A DNA stretch of 64,000 nt from Macrostomum lignano (lineage: Eukaryota), in NCBI GenBank assembly GCA_002269645.1, contig NIVC01000296.1:310001-374000 (forward strand). The letters run 5' to 3'. A model generated the notes under the pieces. That model was not told the origin of the DNA, did no database searches, and was given only the letters and a program-made list of their open reading frames with translations. Made by a program: the position numbers and the translations under genes. Below, in pieces: positions 60,533 through 64,000 of the stretch. Numbering within the stretch: the stretch's first letter is position 1; each line of letters begins with the position of its first letter.

Positions 60533-63285
60533 TGATTAAATCTGTTTTTTTTGTATAATCCCGCTACTGCACATCAGTAATTGGTAGTATTTTTGGTTAA
60601 TTCGATTGTTTGATTAAGATTTCTTCCCCCGACTTGGCTTGACAAGATTTGGAATCGTAGATTAAAGACATCTACTGCTGCATATAGTGATCTTAATTTA
60701 AACATATGCCCAACGCTATTTTTTAGTCTAATGCGAACTTCGGACGGTTTTTTATCTGGAGAGTACAGCACATGCTTTTGCGGCAGTAAAGAACCTATTG
60801 CGTGAAGCGACCACCTATAAAATGCGTTATAGAAATCATGTATATACTAGCGTTTAGTGAGAATGAAGCTCCCGTCCTTTTGCCCCTCCCGCTGCTCCTC
60901 TACTCCTGCTCCGCCCTCCATCCAGAGTTATTATCCAACACTACTTAGACTCAAAAGACTGACAAGGAAACTCCAATATACTAATCAAACGAAGAGACCA
61001 TCTAGAGACTTCTGGATCGAAGTGCACCAATATAGATAAGTAGCCCCCTTTTTATTTCACTGAATTGCTTTAAAAACATTGCATGTTTATTGTCTATTCG
61101 AAACTGCAACCATCAGGAATTAGAAATAAACATCCGTGTTGAGGGTTAAAAATCGAGAGAAACCTACTGAACCTTCGACTTGATTTATTGATTAGAAGCG
61201 CATAGACGGTGGGATTGTAGTACACCTTAATTTCGTAATTTAAATTGGTGCCAACTCGAGGCGGGTGTTAAGTAAAGCAAAGCAATCGCATCGCAATGTA
61301 ATAATACTCGTATATCTTCGTTTCGTCCAATAATTTATATTCGTAACTTTATATCAGCTGAATTTCATCGCCTTAGCTCAATGGTGAGTCCAATAAATGC
61401 TGAATCATAGCTCGAACTGTTACTGGCTATGCTTTAGAGTGTGCCTAGTAAGCAGGGAGCTGTGCAAACTTGTGATTGGGCGGTAAAGGCTCAAAGTCAA
61501 ATTTGGTGTCCTGCCTCCGTTCTTGCTACAAGAGACATCTTCAAAGAGAGAAACGAAAGAATAAGAAAAACAAAACATTTGATGCTCTAAGGTACAGATA
61601 ATTTCTGTAGATTTTTTTAGTCACTAAAAGTTTGGCCACCGAATGTTTTAGCTTTTTTGCCACTAATTGGTCAAACGCTAAACTATATTCATTATACGCT
61701 ACACCTACATTGCTTATTTTATTATTTGTTTTATTATTTTCACTATGTTATATGTGCATGCTATACTGAACTCTAATTGATCGGTTTCATTCACTAGTTA
61801 TGTGCTTTTAGTGACAAACATTATCTTAAATGATTAAATCTATCCTAAATTTTTTGATTAAATCTTATTAGTTGCTACGCAAAGCAAAAACTCAGGTCTT
61901 TCATAATTTCGCTTCGGTTACGGGTCGTTTTTTTCTGTTTTTATTTGGGTTTTTAGTACACGTTATTATTGTTTTTTTGTCATTTTTGCTTTTTGACGCT
62001 CAGAACGAACCTTTATTATTTTTGTTCGTGCTCAGAGGTCAGCAGAATCGGCATAACTGCTAGCCTTCTTGATTTGCGACAGTGCCCAAGACCCCTTGCG
62101 AAGTAACTAGCCTGACTCTATTGACATATGTATCTGCTGATTAAATCTGCATCTAATCCTAATATTTTGACGCGATAACATATTTGCATTGTGGTTCACA
62201 ATGCAAAGAATCAATCATAATCTTATCTATGTTGTATACTAAGTAAAATATAAAGTTAATTAAGATTGCCTTGCTAATTTTACTGTCATGTTCTTCTTGT
62301 GTAAATTTCATTAAACTAAAGTCAGCTTTGCAGCCAAGATGCTCAGTAAAATTAGTATTAAGATTCCCTATTATGCCTCCAGATTCTAAAATGGCAAGAT
62401 GGGCCACTCAGGCATATATACTTAGTAAAACAGCTCTACTTTCAGTTCAGTAGCAAAGAAGAATATATAAGCTATTTTTTAGAAATAAAGGCAGCTGAAA
62501 TGACTTTGATAAGTTCAGAAGCCCAAAGCTTGCAGGCGTAAACAGCTAGCTAATTGGTTCAGCAGTAATGTACATTAGCCAGTCCACTAAAATGTACATG
62601 GCAGCTTTAGGCTGGAATTCCGAGAAAGGCAATAAAAATTGGGTGGCGGAGCGGTGGGTAGTGTGGAAGGGCACGGTTGGAGGGTTCAATTTGGGTGTTA
62701 AGAGCCAATAAATGAGCCTTGGCTTTAAAAATACATAAAAATGCTTCTGTTTAATTTACTACTGAGCTGAAAGTAGCATTTCTGCTAAAGGCTGTGCTAT
62801 CGTCCGCACAAACAATAATAAGAATGGAATTAAGATCCAAAGGGGAGGAAAATGAACTAAGATTGTCTTTGCTCACCAGTCAAACTTTTAGGCCATAGAC
62901 AGTCCAGGTGGGAAACCATTGTCTTAGCAAAATCTAAAATTCTGCCAAACGTGCCAATTAGATCATTTATAACTGTTCTCGATCGTCCTTTTGCCACAGT
63001 TGGCACAGCTATGACACAATTATGCTAATCAGCATATTACTGTGCTATGGAAACAGTTGCGAAACAGTTATGACTGTGCCACAATTGTGCAATAAGTGTC
63101 GATAGAGCCTTTTTTGCTACTAATCGACAATTATTTTTCCATTTGTTTCTTTACATCTGTAAGAGAATTAAATGTACTTGGCTAATTGTCGTAATATAAA
63201 TTTTCGCTGCTCAATTATTGACTTTTGCTATGATAAAAATATTTGTTTCAGTGCTGTTTTCAAAATCACCAAAGTTGCATTAAAA

Positions 63286-64000
63286 ATGGCTGGCCGAGGA
63301 TTTTTGCCCAAAGGCGACGTTGAAGACGAATGGTCGTCGGGAAATCTGAATAATGACTTCAAGAAGATGACCTTTGGAGCTTCTAACGGCAGCAACGGAT
63401 TCGGTGGCGCTTCGAACTATCAAAGTGGAGACACGGCTAATGGAGAAGGGGGTTTCGGCAGTGGCCGCAGTGGGTTTGGTGGAGGTCGCGGTGGCTTTGG
63501 CAGCGGTGCGCAAAATGGAGACAGAGGAGGTTCTGAAGGTCGTGGTGGTTTCGGTGGCGGGCGCGGTGGCTTTGGAAGCCGGAATGAAGACGCTCAGAAC
63601 GATGATAGCGTCGGCTTTGGAAGCCGTGGAGGGTTCGGGGGTGGTCGAGGTGGAGGCCGTGGCGGCTCCTCTGCTTGCTTCAAGTGCAACGAGAGCGGTC
63701 ATATGGCACGAGACTGCCCGAATGCTGATTCTCAAGAAAGACGTGGCGGCTTTGGTGGTGGAGGCCGTGGCGGCTCCTCTGCTTGCTTCAAGTGCAACGA
63801 AAGTGGCCATATGGCACGAGACTGCCCAAATGCTGATTCTCAAGAAAGACGTGGCGGCTTTGGTGGTGGAGGCCGTGGCGGCTCCTCTGCTTGCTTCAAG
63901 TGCAACGAAAGTGGCCATATGGCACGAGACTGCCCAAATGCTGAAGGACAAGGTTCTAGTGGTGGATTTGGTAGTCGTGGAGGTGGCGGATTCGGCCGTG
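63286..64000 (+). CDS. vasa: Second vasa-like gene, 5' part (runs off the window; missing from the ORF track)
   Basis: MAGRGFLPKGDVEDEW... open to the window end; RGG/FG repeats and three CFKCNESGHMARDC knuckles; the same MAGRG start as the upstream vasa. The helicase domain lies outside the window, so the identity is inferred. Confidence 0.8.
   Translation, partial: MAGRGFLPKGDVEDEWSSGNLNNDFKKMTFGASNGSNGFGGASNYQSGDTANGEGGFGSGRSGFGGGRGGFGSGAQNGDRGGSEGRGGFGGGRGGFGSRNEDAQNDDSVGFGSRGGFGGGRGGGRGGSSACFKCNESGHMARDCPNADSQERRGGFGGGGRGGSSACFKCNESGHMARDCPNADSQERRGGFGGGGRGGSSACFKCNESGHMARDCPNAEGQGSSGGFGSRGGGGFGR

Overview
Eukaryotic (metazoan) genomic DNA with GT-AG spliceosomal introns, GC-rich exons and very dense minisatellites. 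The style suggests a free-living flatworm such as Macrostomum; this is inference, not verified. Genes supported by reading frame and splice phase: a TULIP/Der p 7-like protein, two single-exon class A GPCRs, a 5-exon SIK-family kinase, an unidentified helical protein, a secreted polycationic SUEL-domain protein, a small secreted Cys-rich peptide, Ran, a complete vasa/DDX4 and the 5' part of a second, tandem vasa. Roughly half of 1-43 kb is about 27 different tandem arrays (my rough sum is about 21 kb), and almost every array has its own unit. At least two arrays amplified an exon/intron junction in place. Bases 43-55 kb hold tRNA-derived SINEs, a 518-bp MITE and a 36-bp mini-element (both with 8-bp target duplications), nested inverted repeats and strongly CpG-depleted AT-rich DNA. 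Most long ORFs in the supplied track are translations of tandem repeats. All coordinates and copy numbers were read by eye; no database search was run.
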